NCBI GenBank assembly: GCA_951406725.2
Contig: OX597815.1
Coordinates: forward strand, 65,658,001-65,722,000
Direction of reading: 5' to 3'
Length of the DNA stretch: 64,000 nucleotides
Origin: Octopus vulgaris
Lineage: Eukaryota
Shown here: positions 24,500-38,568 of the stretch, in pieces
Position numbering within the stretch: position 1 is the first letter of the stretch
Layout: each line of letters begins with the position of its first letter
Notes under the pieces: generated by a model
Databases searched by the model: none
The model's input: the letters and a program-made list of their open reading frames with translations, nothing else
Told to the model about the DNA's origin: nothing
Translations under genes and position numbers: made by a program

Positions 24500-25246
24500 G
24501 TTGTTGTTGTTGTTGTTATTTCATGTGCTTACATATATCAATTTGCATTTGTATTACAGGACAATGCTGTACAGTAACTTAGAAGTTGTACAAAGCCTAC
24601 AAGAGTACTGTAGTGCCTGTCTGTTTGTCAATGTATTGTCCTCAACTCGTACATGATTATAAGCGTTGTTCTTTGTATTGGGCTAAGCCTACTTAGCCGT
24701 AAACAGGTTCCATTAAAAAATGTATATAACATTTGCACTAAATGCCGAATGACTTTGAAGCCAATTCTATGAAACGAGAGAAAAATTTTTTCGCTTGGAA
24801 AAGACGTTGATATGTCGCATATAACATTCCCAGTTTATCTGATATCAATTTGTAACAGCCAGATAGACTGGTGAACATATATTGAAATCTTCTGTCTGAT
24901 TATTCAAAGAGACGTCTCCAGAGGAATTGACAACAATATTTAGTTCTGTGCCATTACGTTTCTGAGATCAAATTCTACGGGCGAAGTCAATCAAAATCTC
25001 GAGGAACAAGGGGAAAATAATCGCAGTAGTAGAACACTGATTTAACTCAGTAAAATTATTCCGGGTTTCGATCCCAGCCGGGGTTGGTTTTATTTTGTTT
25101 TATGTCCATGTTAAGTACCAATTATACACTGGAGAAGAACTCAATAAACAGCACGTCATCATTTACAAAAATTGGTTTTGTAGCTAATAAAAAAAATTGG
25201 TATTATTCATTTTGTCTGAATCAGATTCAAATAAAATTAACATAAA

Positions 25247-27030
25247 TCAAGGACGAAACTCCTGAAGATAACATACAGGACCAGCATAAAACCCGTAAAA
25301 ATGCATACAACATGCTGTTGACATCGTTTTATTGGACTTTGCCAAAGCTTTTGACTCGGTAAACCACCGCCTACTACTTGTCAAGCTTCAAGCATATAGT
25401 TTCCATCCGGATATTGTACGATGGGTTGGTGCCTTCTTCTCAGATCGCTCCTTCCAAGTTCAAGTTAATGGTTCGCGGTCCGACGTCTCCAGTGCGAGCA
25501 GTGGCGTGCCTCAAGGTTCAGTGCTTGGGCCCTTGTTGTTCTTAGTCTTCATAAATGACTTGCCCGACGACCTCTCGCAACACACCCTTCTATTTGCCGA
25601 CGATATCAAACTGGTCGCTCCTCGCGGTAGTATAGAGGATCTTCGCCGATGCCTCCACCAAATTTGGAAGTGGTCTAACGATTGGGACCTGTGTCTGAAC
25701 GTGTCAAAGTGCTGTCATCTGCCTGTCGGCTCTACTCCTGCAACTCAACTTGATTTCGAGCCGGGTCGTCTGCTGCTGGAGAGGACCGATCAGGTAAAGG
25801 ACCTGGGTATCTTGGTGGATTCCTCCTTTTCGCCTTCGGCCCAGTGCGTCCATGCTGCCAACAAAGCGCGCGGAATTCTGTTTTTGATTCGACGGTCATT
25901 CGGAATGCTCACAGCAGCCATATTCCTGCCACTCTATGTCACGCTGGTGAGACCCATATTGGAGTATGGGATTCAAGCCTCTTCTCCTTATCTCCTCAAA
26001 GACATACAGCACCTCGAAAGAGTCCAGAGGCTGGCTACCCGCATGGTTCATGGTCTCAAAAATTTGTCCTACGAAGAAAGGCTGAGGACGCTCGACCTTT
26101 AATCTCTTGAAAAACGCCGCCGCCGTGGTGATCTCATTCTCGCCCACAACATCATAAGCGGGAAGTGTAACCTCTCGAAAGAGCTGTTCTTCACTCCTGC
26201 TCCGGAGCGTCGGCTGCGGGGTCATTCCGAAAAGCTCTACCTGCGACGATTTCATCTCAATCGAAGGAGAGGAGCTTTCTCCGTCCGGGTTGCGGATCCG
26301 TGGAACAAGCTGCCAGACGAGATGGTGAAGATGCCGACGACCGCTTTGTTCAAAGCCTCCCTGGACCTCAAGTGGCCTGAACTCTTTACATGAACACCAC
26401 CCTGTACTTAACTCCATGTCCCCCTACATGGCCTTGCTATTTGCTTTTGAGCCAAATTAACTAACTAACTAACTAACTAACTTGTGTTCAATTCCTCTTA
26501 AGTTCTATGAATGACATTGGTGAAAATATAGCTGATGATAGAACTTCATACTTAGCGGTTCTGCAAAATGAGATGGATACAATGCATAGTAATAAACAAT
26601 TACTATAACACTCGGATAAAATATATTTGGCTGTAGCAAATTCTGTCATCAGCTGTAATATGTTCATAAGTACCAAACCAACATTTTTTGGTATGGGAAT
26701 AAATGTTCCATTAGGCGTTAGAAGAGATCCGTTGATATTGAAACTTTACACAACACAAAATATTTCTTCATCCACAGTGATTTAGATCGTCTCAACTTAA
26801 AATGGAACCGAGGCAGTAGTGATTTAACATCGATTCAAACAACTTTTGAATGCGACATTGCATTATATCCCTTCGATAGCATTCACTAAGCACCAAGTGT
26901 CGAAGAGCATTCTTTGGTCAAGTCTGCATACATGATAAAGATAACATCATAAGAGAAAAAAAGGGACTTCTGGCATGGTATTCCCTGATTGATGACTCGG
27001 GATATACAGTCAAGAAGTTTCTGCGACAGG
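25247..27030 (+). pseudogene. Decayed intronless Cys-loop receptor (nAChR-like or chemotactile-receptor-like), split by the CR1 fragment
   Basis: SRTKLLKITYRTSIKPVKMHT joins in frame across the LINE to TCVQFLLSSMNDIGE. Then MRW, HSDKI-YLAVANSV, PL(G)VRRD, LKWNRG, IQTT(F)ECDIALYPFDS (26833-26880), and GYT..QEV. Confidence 0.6.
25312..26481 (+). mobile_element. 5'-truncated CR1-group LINE (RT C-terminal half)
   Basis: DFAKAFDSVNH, SGVPQGSVLGPLLFLVFINDL, LFADDIKL, KDLG, LVRPILEY, LERVQRLAT, YEERL, RRRRGDLI. Ends in a (TAAC)n tail at 26458-26481. Confidence 0.93.
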
Positions 27031-27759
27031 TCTTCAGATGAAGGGATAAGTGGAACATGTAACTTTGTTGTGCAGTTGAGCTTTTGAAAATCCGAACGAG
27101 AACTACTAATTAGAAAATTTTAATTACAATCCATTAATAGAATGTGAACATAAATAAGATATTCCAGAAGTTTAGCATGTAATAAGTACATTTTCATTTG
27201 CAGTCGAATTTATAAATCACAACATTAGACATTAGTAGCTTACTCATGGTTTTATATGCAATATATTTTCATGCAAATTCACCCCAAAAGCATCGAAGTG
27301 CCCTTGGCCAAGGTGTTGAGCGATGGGTCTGAACCCGAAACCATGTGGTTGAGAAGCGATTTTCTTAACCACACAGTCATACCTCCTTCTATTATTACAA
27401 GGTTTTTCAAGAAGCTTTTACTGATTTCAAGAATAATAGTTGTTTGACACCAAATTAGCCCTGACAGAGAAGTTCCGTGATTAAATGCTGACCATCCCGT
27501 CAGATTTCTCTTGTCGACATTTTTATAGATTAAAAAGAGCTGAACTGTTACACCATAGTAGTATGGCGTGTGTGCATACATGTAACTGAGTATGTATGCA
27601 ACTGTGAGTGTATGCGTGTGTATGTATGTAGTTTGAGTGCACACATGCATACATACAGACTAATATATTCAATCTGTACGTCCATTTGACTTGTTGATTT
27701 TTCTTGTAATTTTTTGTTCATGGATTTGCTAATACATCTATACACACATACACACGCAC

Positions 27760-27803
<44 letters not shown>

Positions 27804-28574
27804 CATACAGTAGTATATGGAGTTCGGTGTGATTGTAGTATTTTCACGCTTTAAGTATCTTAATGCACGTAAATGAGGAGAGGAATGACATATTTGATGA
27901 CGACGACGATGATGATAATGACTGCGCTACAACAGTTGGCCGTTATATTCAGCATTTGGAGAGACTTTGTTTGCCAAATGTCCCTCGCTTGATCCAACAG
28001 AATCAGATTCTCATTGCAATATTTAATTATAAAGAAGATGTTTGTGATGTTACAATGTAAACAGCAATGTTTCGACCTTGCAGTAATCCTTACGCGTCAA
28101 GGTGCAGATAATCATTAGATATTCTGATATTTTATCACAGTTCATTTATTTCTCTTGCAACAGTTTAGATGTGAAGAAGTGTGTACGTAATTCGTTTGTT
28201 AGGCTCACAATTGATGGTCTCGTATACATCCTTTAGATGAACAAAGATCTAAACTTGTACACGGTCAACATTGGCAAATGTCTATTTTCCGTTCAATTGA
28301 GCTGTAAACTCATGTATTTTTGGCAGTGGGTATCTGTCAGTTATTGTGATTCTGTTTAAGACTCGACAGACTCCCTAATGGTACCCAACCTTTTAGTCTC
28401 TTCTTAGCTTCCACATGGAGTGCAGACTATTAGTAATTTAAAGAGTGACGGACTTTTAGCTAAGCTACATCAAACTCACGTTTAGGAATGGTTTGATGTT
28501 GAAGAGCGAACCTTTTTGCCTGATCAAGCACAGGCTTTTCTCCACATTTTTGTATTTCATGTATCAATGAAGAT

Positions 28575-28799
28575 TTAGCCTTTTAGCATTTAAACCGGTC
28601 ATATCAGTCTCAAATATTCTACCTGTTTAATGTCCAAACTGGCCAAACTCGGTCTCTCATACCTATCCCAAAAGGCAATTCTAAAAAATATGCAATTACA
28701 TCATCGAAATTTTGAAGCTATGCGATAATGCATGATTAATTTAAACAATGGATAAATACGCATTATATTTGACAGAGTAATCTGACTGATAAAGGGTTT
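28575..28799. mobile_element. MITE with TTAA-type (piggyBac-like) termini
   Basis: Imperfect TIRs TTAGCCTTTTAGCA and TGATAAAGGGTTT, about 225 bp, non-coding. Confidence 0.65.
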
Positions 28800-29039
28800 G
28801 TGGCTGATGAAAGTTCTGTGTAGCTTCTTCAGTAGCAGAGTAGGCGTCTTTGTTAGTTTCGTGTGGTGCTACTGAGTGCGTACGTCCTCCATATTTTCAA
28901 TGCCGTTTTAAAGAGTGAGACTTCCAAAGTGAATGGAGGGTGGCGAATTTTTTCACTTGGCAAATGTTAATGTTAATTTTTTTTGCAAGCGAAATTCAGC
29001 TGGTCTTTGAATCGCATCTTTGGTTTAGTCGGCCGTAGA

Positions 29040-29442
29040 CTATCCACCTTATCATCAACACCATCATCACCGCTATCATCAACATCATCATCACCATCAT
29101 ATCATCAACACCATCATCATCATCGTCGTCGTCGTCGTCGTCGTCGTCATCATCATCATCATTATCTAGCCATAATTCCATCAAGACTGGGGTGTCAACA
29201 ATTGCAACCACTGACAAACTGACAACCATCAACAAATAACAGCAGCTAAACTTTCACCACCACCACCACTATCACCATAAATACCTTCACCATCACCATC
29301 ACCATCACCACCGCCGCCACCATTTTTGTTTTATCTCTAATATCATCGCAAGAATCTTGCATCTCTAGCTATCATCTCCAGTTAACATTAAACTCACCAC
29401 CATCGCTAAACTTAACGTCAACACTGACTATGAAAAATAACA

Positions 29443-29512
<70 letters not shown>

Positions 29513-29963
29513 TTGCTGCTGCTACTGTTGCTGCCGCTGCTGCTACTACTACAAGGCTACCTCTAAGTGGTTCCTCGACTAACTAGAAATAGCAACCAAA
29601 TCTCCTTCAAAACACATCCTACGTTCTTAATAATAGACATTGGACAAGGCTGGATGGTCATAGATGGAAGACGTGTTTGATCTTATGTCTGCGCAGTGGG
29701 GTTGATTTAAGGCTATACAGAACAACGACATCAGCAAGAACAAAATCAACATCAGCAACAACAGCAACATCAACAATAACAACATTATCATCATCTTCAA
29801 CAACAAAAACAACAACAACAACAACAACACTCCATCCGTCATCACAACGATTTCAACATTTCTCCCTAATTGCATTGGTATCTTCAATTGCCTTCCTTTA
29901 CTGCTATTACAACTAGACAAACACCACCAACACTACCATTACTACAACCGCCACCACTACAAA

Positions 29964-30012
<49 letters not shown>

Positions 30013-30541
30013 GTCGTCGTCGTCGTCGTCGTTACTATCACCACTACTACTACCACCGTTACTACGAGTGCACGTGCACCTATAATCCCAGCGAATTACC
30101 ACAATTCTCCAAAACCATTAACATAACCACAATCGCCGCCATCACCACCACCAACACTACTACCGTCACCACCATCACCACTACCACCACAACCATCAAG
30201 ACCACCGCCACCACCATTTCTACTACAGACATAACCGCCATCAAGACTACAACCACATCCACCACAGCCTCCACTAACATTACCACCACCACCACTACCA
30301 CCATCACCATCACCATCACCATCACCACAGCTATTACAACCACCATGAAGCATGGACGCCGCTGCCACCGTCACCACTACCACCATCACCATCACCACTA
30401 CCACCACCACTACCACTACCACCACAACTACCAACACCACCACAACTACCACCACCACCATTACCATAATCATCATATTAAGTTTCCATCATGTATAATT
30501 TGTAACGAGAAAAGAAATTCTATTTAATCAACGGATTCTGG

Positions 30542-30629
<88 letters not shown>

Positions 30630-30630
30630 A
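29040..30630. repeat. Compound trinucleotide and tetranucleotide low-complexity tract
   Basis: (CAT)n, (CGT)n, (CAC)n, (CTA)n, (CAA)n and (TAGA)n runs. Confidence 0.95.
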
Positions 30631-30924
30631 TGAGTGAGTGAGTGAGGGAGGGAGAAAAAGAGAATAAAAGGGAGAGGTGGGGTGTAATGAGAGATAAGAA
30701 TAGTATGGTTGTTATCAGCGTCTTTCCATTATTAGACAAGCGCCATTACAGTATTTTATCAATATTTGAGCCTTGCTTCCCATTTACCCACGTGAATAAC
30801 GCATGTTTCATTTGTGTAGCAGACTAGCTGCCATATCATAACAGTTTTAGCGCTCATCATTAAAATTCTAAATAATGCTTCTGTTTTAACTGAAGGCCAA
30901 GGGTAATAACGTGAGTGCACGTGC

Positions 30925-30964
<40 letters not shown>

Positions 30965-32096
30965 TTATATACACGTCCACACACAAAGTGATACTTTTGG
31001 TGGGGGGTGGTAAAATCTGTTGTTGTTTGGTACCTGGTTCACTCTGACTGAGTGGACAAATCATCAAAGGCGTTTCTTGCTTTTCAGAGTAGCCCATCCA
31101 GAACACCATTATTCAAATGTGTCCGGTTTTTTGTTTTTTGTGTTTTGTTTTTGTTCTTTCAATTTTTTTGATGATGCTTGTGGCAGCTATTTTTAGCAGA
31201 TCGATTGACCACCGAGAAGACTCCTTGTTTGTTGAGGATTGTGGGAAGGGTCTCTATAAGTTACTAGGGCAAAAAAAAAATTCTTCGATTGGTCGAATTG
31301 GAAAGCTTGCGCCAATTAAATATCACAAATAATTGTTGTTGTTTCTATTGCTTCATTCAAGATTATCTCTGGCTAAACAGATTTATGATCAAAGAAGTTC
31401 CAACCATTATCAACCTATTGATTCTCAGTGAATGTGTATTAAGGACTACATTATCCAATAAGTTCTTATTGTAAAACTGTATAGATGATTTGAGGGCGAT
31501 TTTACTGCTATTCATAGCACATCAAATGAGCATGTAGAGGCTCTTTCACGGAAGTACAACTCAGTGCTGGAAACAATAGCTGAAGTCAGTATTAACACAG
31601 CAGGTTCGTAAAACAGAAGCTTATTCTGAATTTCAAGGCGTTTGGGTTAGGAGCACAAGACTCCCCACTCTGCCAGTGTATCGCAGGATTAACCCCCACC
31701 ATATCCCGTGTCACTGGTACAAACGTTTAATAATAACGTGAAAATGAAGTACCTTGCTGAAACTCAACAATATCTGGTTTCTAAATTAAACCTTCGACCT
31801 CACGATAATTAGCCGAACACCTCTTACTACAAAACTAGGTGTCTGTACGTCAGTAGCATTAGTATTTCGGCAGTGACGAATGTATCAAAAGAATGTATCT
31901 TACCTGAAGGAAATCTACGGCAACAGATTCTTCTCACTCAGTGCCAAATTCTCTGCTACATTACAAACATTATTTGAACGGTAGAGAGTGGCACTCAAAG
32001 TTTTGAAGCTTTGCGCCTCATCTTCCTACTTATTGAGTTCAAGTCTATCACAAGGTGCTCTCTTTATCTCTCTCTCTCTCTCTACACACACACACA

Positions 32097-32150
<54 letters not shown>

Positions 32151-32460
32151 CGCAGTGGTTAGAGCATCGAGCAGACGATCGTGAGGTTGTGAGTTCGAAT
32201 CCCGGACCGGGCTGCGTGTTGTGTTCTTGAGCAAGACACTTTATTTCACGTTGTTCCAGTTCACTCAGCTGTAGAAATGAGTTACGACGTCACAGGTGCC
32301 AAGCTGTATCGGCCCCTTTGCTTTTTCCTTGGATAACACTGGTGACGTGGAGATGCATAGGCGACTGCTACTCTTGCAGAAACAACCTTGCCCGGAGTTG
32401 TGCCTGGGAGGGTCACTTCCTAGGTGCAATCCCATAGTCATAACCGAAAGGGGTCACTTT
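32151..32460 (+). mobile_element. tRNA-derived SINE family D
   Basis: CAGTGGTTAGAGC...GAGTTCGAATCCC, then core CTTGAGCAAGACACTTTATTTCACGTTG. Matches 38291-38568. Confidence 0.85.
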
Positions 32461-32502
32461 CTATATATATGTGTATATACATATAGATAATTTTTGTTTA
32501 TA

Positions 32503-33798
32503 CGAGGGGCGTTCAATAAATAATGCCCCTGACCCACTTGCAGTTGTTTGATCTAGCTGAAATTTTGCATGTGCAATTATTTATATCTCTATAGATTAAG
32601 TGGCAAATTACAGCTCTGAACTAATTGTGTTTTCTGATTTACAGGTGTTTGAACTGAGTCAAGTGTGAAATGGAGCCTGTAGAATGTCGAGCAGTGATCC
32701 GGTTTTTGTATTTGAAAACACGCACACCACGGGGGACTTTTGATGAAATGAAAGTAACTTATGGTGATGATGCCTCATCATATGACCTGACCTTGTAAAA
32801 CGCTGGCATCGTGAATTCAAGCATGGTCGGAACTCTGTGGAAACAGCTCCCAGATCTGGTCGCCCCCTTCTGCCATTGATGAGGCATCTGTCCGTCAAGT
32901 TGAGGCTGCCATTTTGGAAGATCGACGCATAACTATTCGCCAAATAGCCCATGAGGTCAAGATTAGTACCGAGTCTGTGGAAACTATCATTCATGACCAT
33001 TTGCATATGCAAAAGGTGTCTGCCAGATGGATCCCCAGGTTGCTCACACCTTTCCAGAAGCAAGAACGCGTCGAGTGCTCGAGGATGAATTTGGAGATGT
33101 GCCAAGAAGATGAGTCAAAATTTTTCAAAAGACTGATTACACAGGATGAAACCTGAGTCCCTCACTATGATCCAGAAACCAAAGCCCAGTCAATGCAGTG
33201 GAAGCACCGTGACTCACCTCCTCCAAAGAAGGCAAGGGTGCAGCCCTCCGCTGGCAAGGTCATACTCACAGTCTTCTGGGACCAGGACGGAGTAGTGATG
33301 ACAGATTTCCTGGCAAAGGGTACTACAATTACAGGAGCCTATTATGCTTCACTTTTGAGGAAATTAAGAGATGCTATCAAAATCAAGAGGCGGGGCAAGA
33401 TCAACAAAGGCATCCTCCTCCTGCAGGACAACGCTCCGGTCCACAACTTGCGTGTCGCCAGATCAGAAGCACAGGCGTACGACTATGAACTCTTCCCCCA
33501 ACCCCCCTACTTTCCTGACCTTGCACCTTCTGATTTCACCTCTTCCCAGCCATGAAGTTGTTTTTGAAAGGAAAGCGTTTCCCAGATGATGCAGCCTTGA
33601 TTTCTGAAGTCACGTCGTGGTTGGAGGACCAAGCTGGGGTCTTCTACAAAAACGGTCTCCAGAGCTGCATCAAACGATGGGAGAAATGTGTAACTCTGAG
33701 TGGTTCCTATGTAGAAAAAGACTAATAACTGTGCCAAGTTTCGTTGCTCTACTGCTGCGGGAAGTGGGTCAGGAGCATTACTTATTGAACGCCCCTCG
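32503..33798 (+). mobile_element. Full-length mariner element with defective DD34D transposase
   Basis: 37-bp TIRs (CGAGGGGCGTTCAATAA..., 2 mismatches) with TA TSD. Coding region 32670-33725 shows WIPRLLT, ITQDET*, LLQDNAPVH and YFPDLAPSDF, with a stop and frameshifts. Confidence 0.97.
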
Positions 33799-34186
33799 TA
33801 TGTATATAATACTCTTATTTTTTTACTCTTACTAGTTTCAACTTGTGAGTCGTGGCCTTGTTGGGGCATCGCTAATAAATATATCATTCACTCGATGTAG
33901 GAGTCGAACCTACGAACACCAGATTAAAAGTCTTATACTCTATGCTGTGTCATATTTTTTATATGTACCAACTACTGTCGTCGTTTACCGTTTTTGTTTT
34001 GTTTCCGTACTCTACGTTCGCTCATTTATTCCCAACAGCTTTTTGCTGTAGTTACCACCAAAATTGTTAAAGGTGCGAAAATGTTATGACTTTTAGATGA
34101 TAACTGATGAGCGAAGAGTGTGTCCACCTCTTGTGTTCCTTTGTCGTCCTTCTTATCTCATTTTAACCTATATATATATATATATA

Positions 34187-34687
34187 TATAATTTTAATCC
34201 AAACGGGAAACAAAAAAACAACAACAATGGAACAATTACAGTATTATTATTAATAGGCGCTCAGGAAATGGAAGCAGGGAGGTATGACGTTTCGAGCGGA
34301 GCTCTTCGTCGGAAACATAAAGAAGGAAGAGAGAGGAAAGAAAGATCCCAGAGCGGGCAACGGAGATAGAGAAAAAAAACGACTGGTGTTTAGGAGTTAC
34401 ACATGGTGAAAGGCGGATGTTTACGATAACAAGAGCAAAGTGGGTTTTTAAAGGCAAAAGAGTGGAGACAAGGTTGGTAACGCAACAGATGTGTGTGTAT
34501 GTGTGAGTGTGTGCGTGTGCGTGTGTGTATGTGTGTGTGTGAGGCGAGATAAAAAAACAAAAAATATATGTATGTGTTAGTGTGTGCGTCTGTGTGTAGG
34601 CGTGTGAGGTAGGGCGAGACGGTGGTCAGCATAGCAGCAGCATAGCAGACAAAGGTCAGTAGTAAGAAAAGGAAGGAAGGAGGAAGA
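34187..34687 (-). mobile_element. Second copy of the PLE-like pLTR relic
   Basis: Reverse complement of 8670-9166, with (TA)n on both sides. Confidence 0.75.
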
Positions 34688-35461
34688 TATATATATATAT
34701 ATATATATATATAGATCAATAAATGGTGGGGTTGTGTTGACCGCACGTGGAGAAATGATAAGCAATGAGGTGTATCACTTTATGTTTAAAGCACTAGGGT
34801 GCATCAAGATAATACCTCCTTCGTCAGGGGAAAAAATACATAAAGACAGACATCATCGCGTACCAGGCTAGCACAATGTTGTGTGCTTTCCTATTGAAGC
34901 ATTCATGCTCGGATAAGCACAAAAGAAAGAATTAAAGCAGTAAAAAACTTTTCTTTTAAAGCAGTAGAGAAATAAGGCGGTAAAAAAAAGAAAAACTATA
35001 AGGCTTCTCTTACTTGAATAATAATTTTATAAGATTTTTAAACGATGAACTTTTATTTTATTTACATGATATATATTATATATTTTTTATATGCCGCCTA
35101 TATATATGTATATATATATATATTTAATATATTTTTATATACCTATATATTTTTATATATTACTTTATATTATATTTTTACTTTCTAGGTGTTGTAATGT
35201 TTTTTTTTTTAAATGTATTTTTCTGAATCGCTAAAGTATTAACTCTAAACTGTGATGAAATTTTTTTCTCGCACCTTATTATGCTTATATGCTTGTACAG
35301 ATGAATTATGTTCCATCTTGCGGGATGTTTATATGTATATTCTATGATTAAATGTTCGAATTATGAAATGCTATGCGGATGACCTTGCATTTGTTTGTTC
35401 AATAACTTTAGTTTGATATATATATATATATATATATGTATGTGTATATATATATATATAT

Positions 35462-35514
<53 letters not shown>

Positions 35515-35609
35515 TATATATATATATGTATGTATCTTTATATACATATATATATATATATATATATTTACGTGCTAAAATAAGGTTATTATTTACAGAG
35601 GTTTAAAAA

Positions 35610-35880
35610 TATGAACAAACATTTATCGAGGGAATGACGCTATACTGAGAGTAGAGTAAAGTTAATTGTGAAGTTCAAGTTGACTGGAACGTCACGGTAT
35701 ATTACGTAATCACCAACACTAGCTTACTGCTGTTTCTGTTATATGTAAGCGTGCATTCAGAACGACAGTTTATCTTCTGCGGAACCATTTGAACTGCAGA
35801 AAGCATTTAAATATTTAGTGGTGGATATTTTAAGAAAATAATACGACTAAGTCAGTTAGGTAGGGTTCCTCCCGACGATT
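35610..35880 (+). pseudogene. Candidate decayed Cys-loop receptor beta9-M2 fragment
   Basis: SRE*(W)RYTESRVKLIVKFKLTGTSRY / YYVITNTSLLLFLLYVSVHSERQFIFCGTI resembles EW...VxFxLxR..YY..M1..SGER..M2. An alternative extracellular-domain reading also fits, so the call is ambiguous. Confidence 0.35.
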
Positions 35881-36086
35881 AATGAAAAACTGCACCACAT
35901 TACTTAAGTAATTCTGTGTTAAATTCCCATCGGGGTTAACTTTACTTTCTTTCTTTCGAGATCAATAAATTATAATTTTTAAAAATATTTTTGGGGTATA
36001 TTTTAATGTATTTTTGCGGGATTAAATATTATAGTCGTCTAACTTCAAAATAAAATTGTGCCACTGCATTTATGTGTGCGAATATA

Positions 36087-37359
36087 TTGGGTCATCCCAT
36101 AAATAATGCATTTTTTAAATACTTCTTTTATTTTTCAAAATTAAGATAAACAAAGTTCTTATTTAATCTAAAATATACTCGCCTTCATTTTCTACACAGC
36201 TCTTTCATCTATCTGGTAGACGTGCAAGGCCCCTTCTTGTCTGGGACGAAAAATATTCCTCCAGTACTGTTCAAACCTCGTCTACAGAATTCATATTTCT
36301 TCCGTCCAAATGATTTTGAAGACTGCGGAATAAATGATAATCAGATGGGGCAATATCCGGCGAACATGGTAGGTGGAGCATCGTTTCCCATTGAAACTGC
36401 TCCAGCCTTTGAAATGTCACCCTCACTGTATGTAGCTGAGCGTTATCCTGATGGAAGAACACCTTTCATCTTGAAACCAAAGACAGTCATTTTTCTTCTA
36501 GCACTGACTTAAGCCACTCAAGTTGCTCGCAGTAGATCTCCTTTTATCGCTTGGTTTGGTTTTAACAGTTCAAAATGGACTTAACTTTTTATATCCCACC
36601 AAACAGATAACAACACCTTACGTGGGTAAAGACCTTCTTTAGCCTGGGGTGTCGGTGTTTATCCTTTCCCTACCCACTGTCTTCTTGATATTTTTGTAGC
36701 AAACCCATTTCTCGTCAACAGTCAAGTCACTATTCGGTCCCAAAAAGATTCATTCGTGAGACATGACAGCAAAGAAGAGCACACATTCACTCTCTGCGCG
36801 TGATTAGACTCGGAAAGTTTGTGAGGAACCCATTGACCCAATTTACTGACTTTTTCGATGGCACATAGGTGTCGATGAATGGTTGAATGACCAAATCCAA
36901 GCTTCTCTGCTAGTTCCTCACAGTTATGATGGGATTTTGTTCCACGAGGGTTTGCAGGACGTCCTCATCGAACTCTACAGATCTTTCAGAACGAGGCTTC
37001 TCTTCTAGGCTGTAGTTTCTGGTTCGGAATTCTGGAACCACCGTTGACACTGGTTCACGTTTATTGTCCGACCCCCATATACTGCATTAATATTCCTCGC
37101 ACTTTCTGTTGCGTTGTTGCATTTGTTGAACTCATAAAGCAAAAATATGCCGAATATGCTCCTTTGTCACTTCCATTATAGCTTTGAAAAAATAACTACT
37201 AAAATCGAATTGCACTCTTCAAAACTTGCACTAAGAATAAGTACAAGGTAAAATTATTACCTGCTTTTATAGCAAGTTGATGCAGGTAGTTTATCCCGTC
37301 CCCCTCCGACTTTTAGTCCATGCAGTTGAAAAAACCGCATTATTTATAGGATGACCCAA
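36087..37359 (-). mobile_element. Full-length degenerate mariner element
   Basis: TIRs TTGGGTCATCC(C/T)ATAAATAATGC with TA TSD. MEVTKEHIRHI start at 37176, FHQDNA and CSPDIAPSDYHLF. Confidence 0.95.
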
Positions 37360-38164
37360 TATTTCTATTGTATTTCTTCTTTATGTATCTGTGTAACTGA
37401 CTTCGTCTTTTGTATAGCAAAAAGCTTGATTTAATTACCATGTGGTGAATGAAACAATTCAGCCGTACGCAAATCACTTACTAAAGAAGCAAACTTGTGG
37501 AAAACAAACACAAAACCTTTCTTTTTATTTTGTATAGTTACCATTCGTCGTAACCATTCAGTTGTCAAAGTAGATACACTAGAAAATTACTGAGTCAAAC
37601 AACCAGGGTTATCATTTTTCATTTTTTTTAGCTGTTTAAAGTTTGTTTGACGGGAGAAACGAAGCGTAGAGGTGTATGACGTATAAATTAATCTGATTGA
37701 TAATTGCTCTATATCTTAAAAGATTAAAGTAATTATTGATAATATTATTGATTATATGTTTAATTTAATTTTGCCGGTTTTCATTAAAAAAATATTTGCT
37801 TGCTTATGTGTGTGTGTGTGTGTGTATGTGTGTATTATTATTGTTGTTGTTGTTGTTGTTATTATTTATTACTTTTTCCTACTACTGAAGAAGTAATGAA
37901 TGATGATTTAAACTTGGAAACAATCGGTTCAAATGAAAATATCTCTGATGAGTGGAAAAAACTGTGTTATATTGATATCTGTAGTTGTCGCTCACTTCCA
38001 GAGCGGTTTCGTTTCGACTAGCTTTGAAACACACTGTGCTTTTTATCATTATATGTCTTTAAAGGGATCGCTCCCAGACCTGACACCGCAGCTGCAAGTG
38101 TTTTACAACGCACATGCATTAAGTATGACATGTTGATTAATGTTTATATACACATGCACACAAG

Positions 38165-38222
<58 letters not shown>

Positions 38223-38290
38223 AACTTAGAACATAATGATAGCCGAAATGCTGTTAAGCATTTTGTCTAGTGTGCTAACGATTTTGCCAG

Positions 38291-38568
38291 CGCATGGCTC
38301 AGCGACTAGAGCGTCGGGTTCACAAACCTGAGGTAGTAAGCTCGATTCCTGGACCGGGTTGTGTGTTGTGTTCTTGAGCAAGACGCTTTATTTCACGTTG
38401 CTCCAGTTCACTCAGCAGTAGAAATGAGTTACGACGTCACAAGTGCCAAGCTGTATCGGCCTCTGCCTTTTCCTTGGATAACATCGGTGGCGTGGAGAAG
38501 GGAGACTTGTGCCTGAGAAGGTAACATTCTAAATGTAATCCCATGGTTATTTATGACCGAAGGGGTTT
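38291..38568 (+). mobile_element. SINE family D
   Basis: Matches 32151-32460 and is fused head-to-head with a minus-strand family B head at about 38220-38290. Confidence 0.8.

Noticed and set aside
28983-30527. Poly-Asp, poly-His, poly-Ser and Gly-rich ORFs
   Set aside because: Trinucleotide repeats open in several frames on both strands, with no domain or splice support.
37905-37952. C-box ATGATGA and D-box CTGA pair
   Set aside because: Spacing is too short for a C/D snoRNA and there is no terminal stem.
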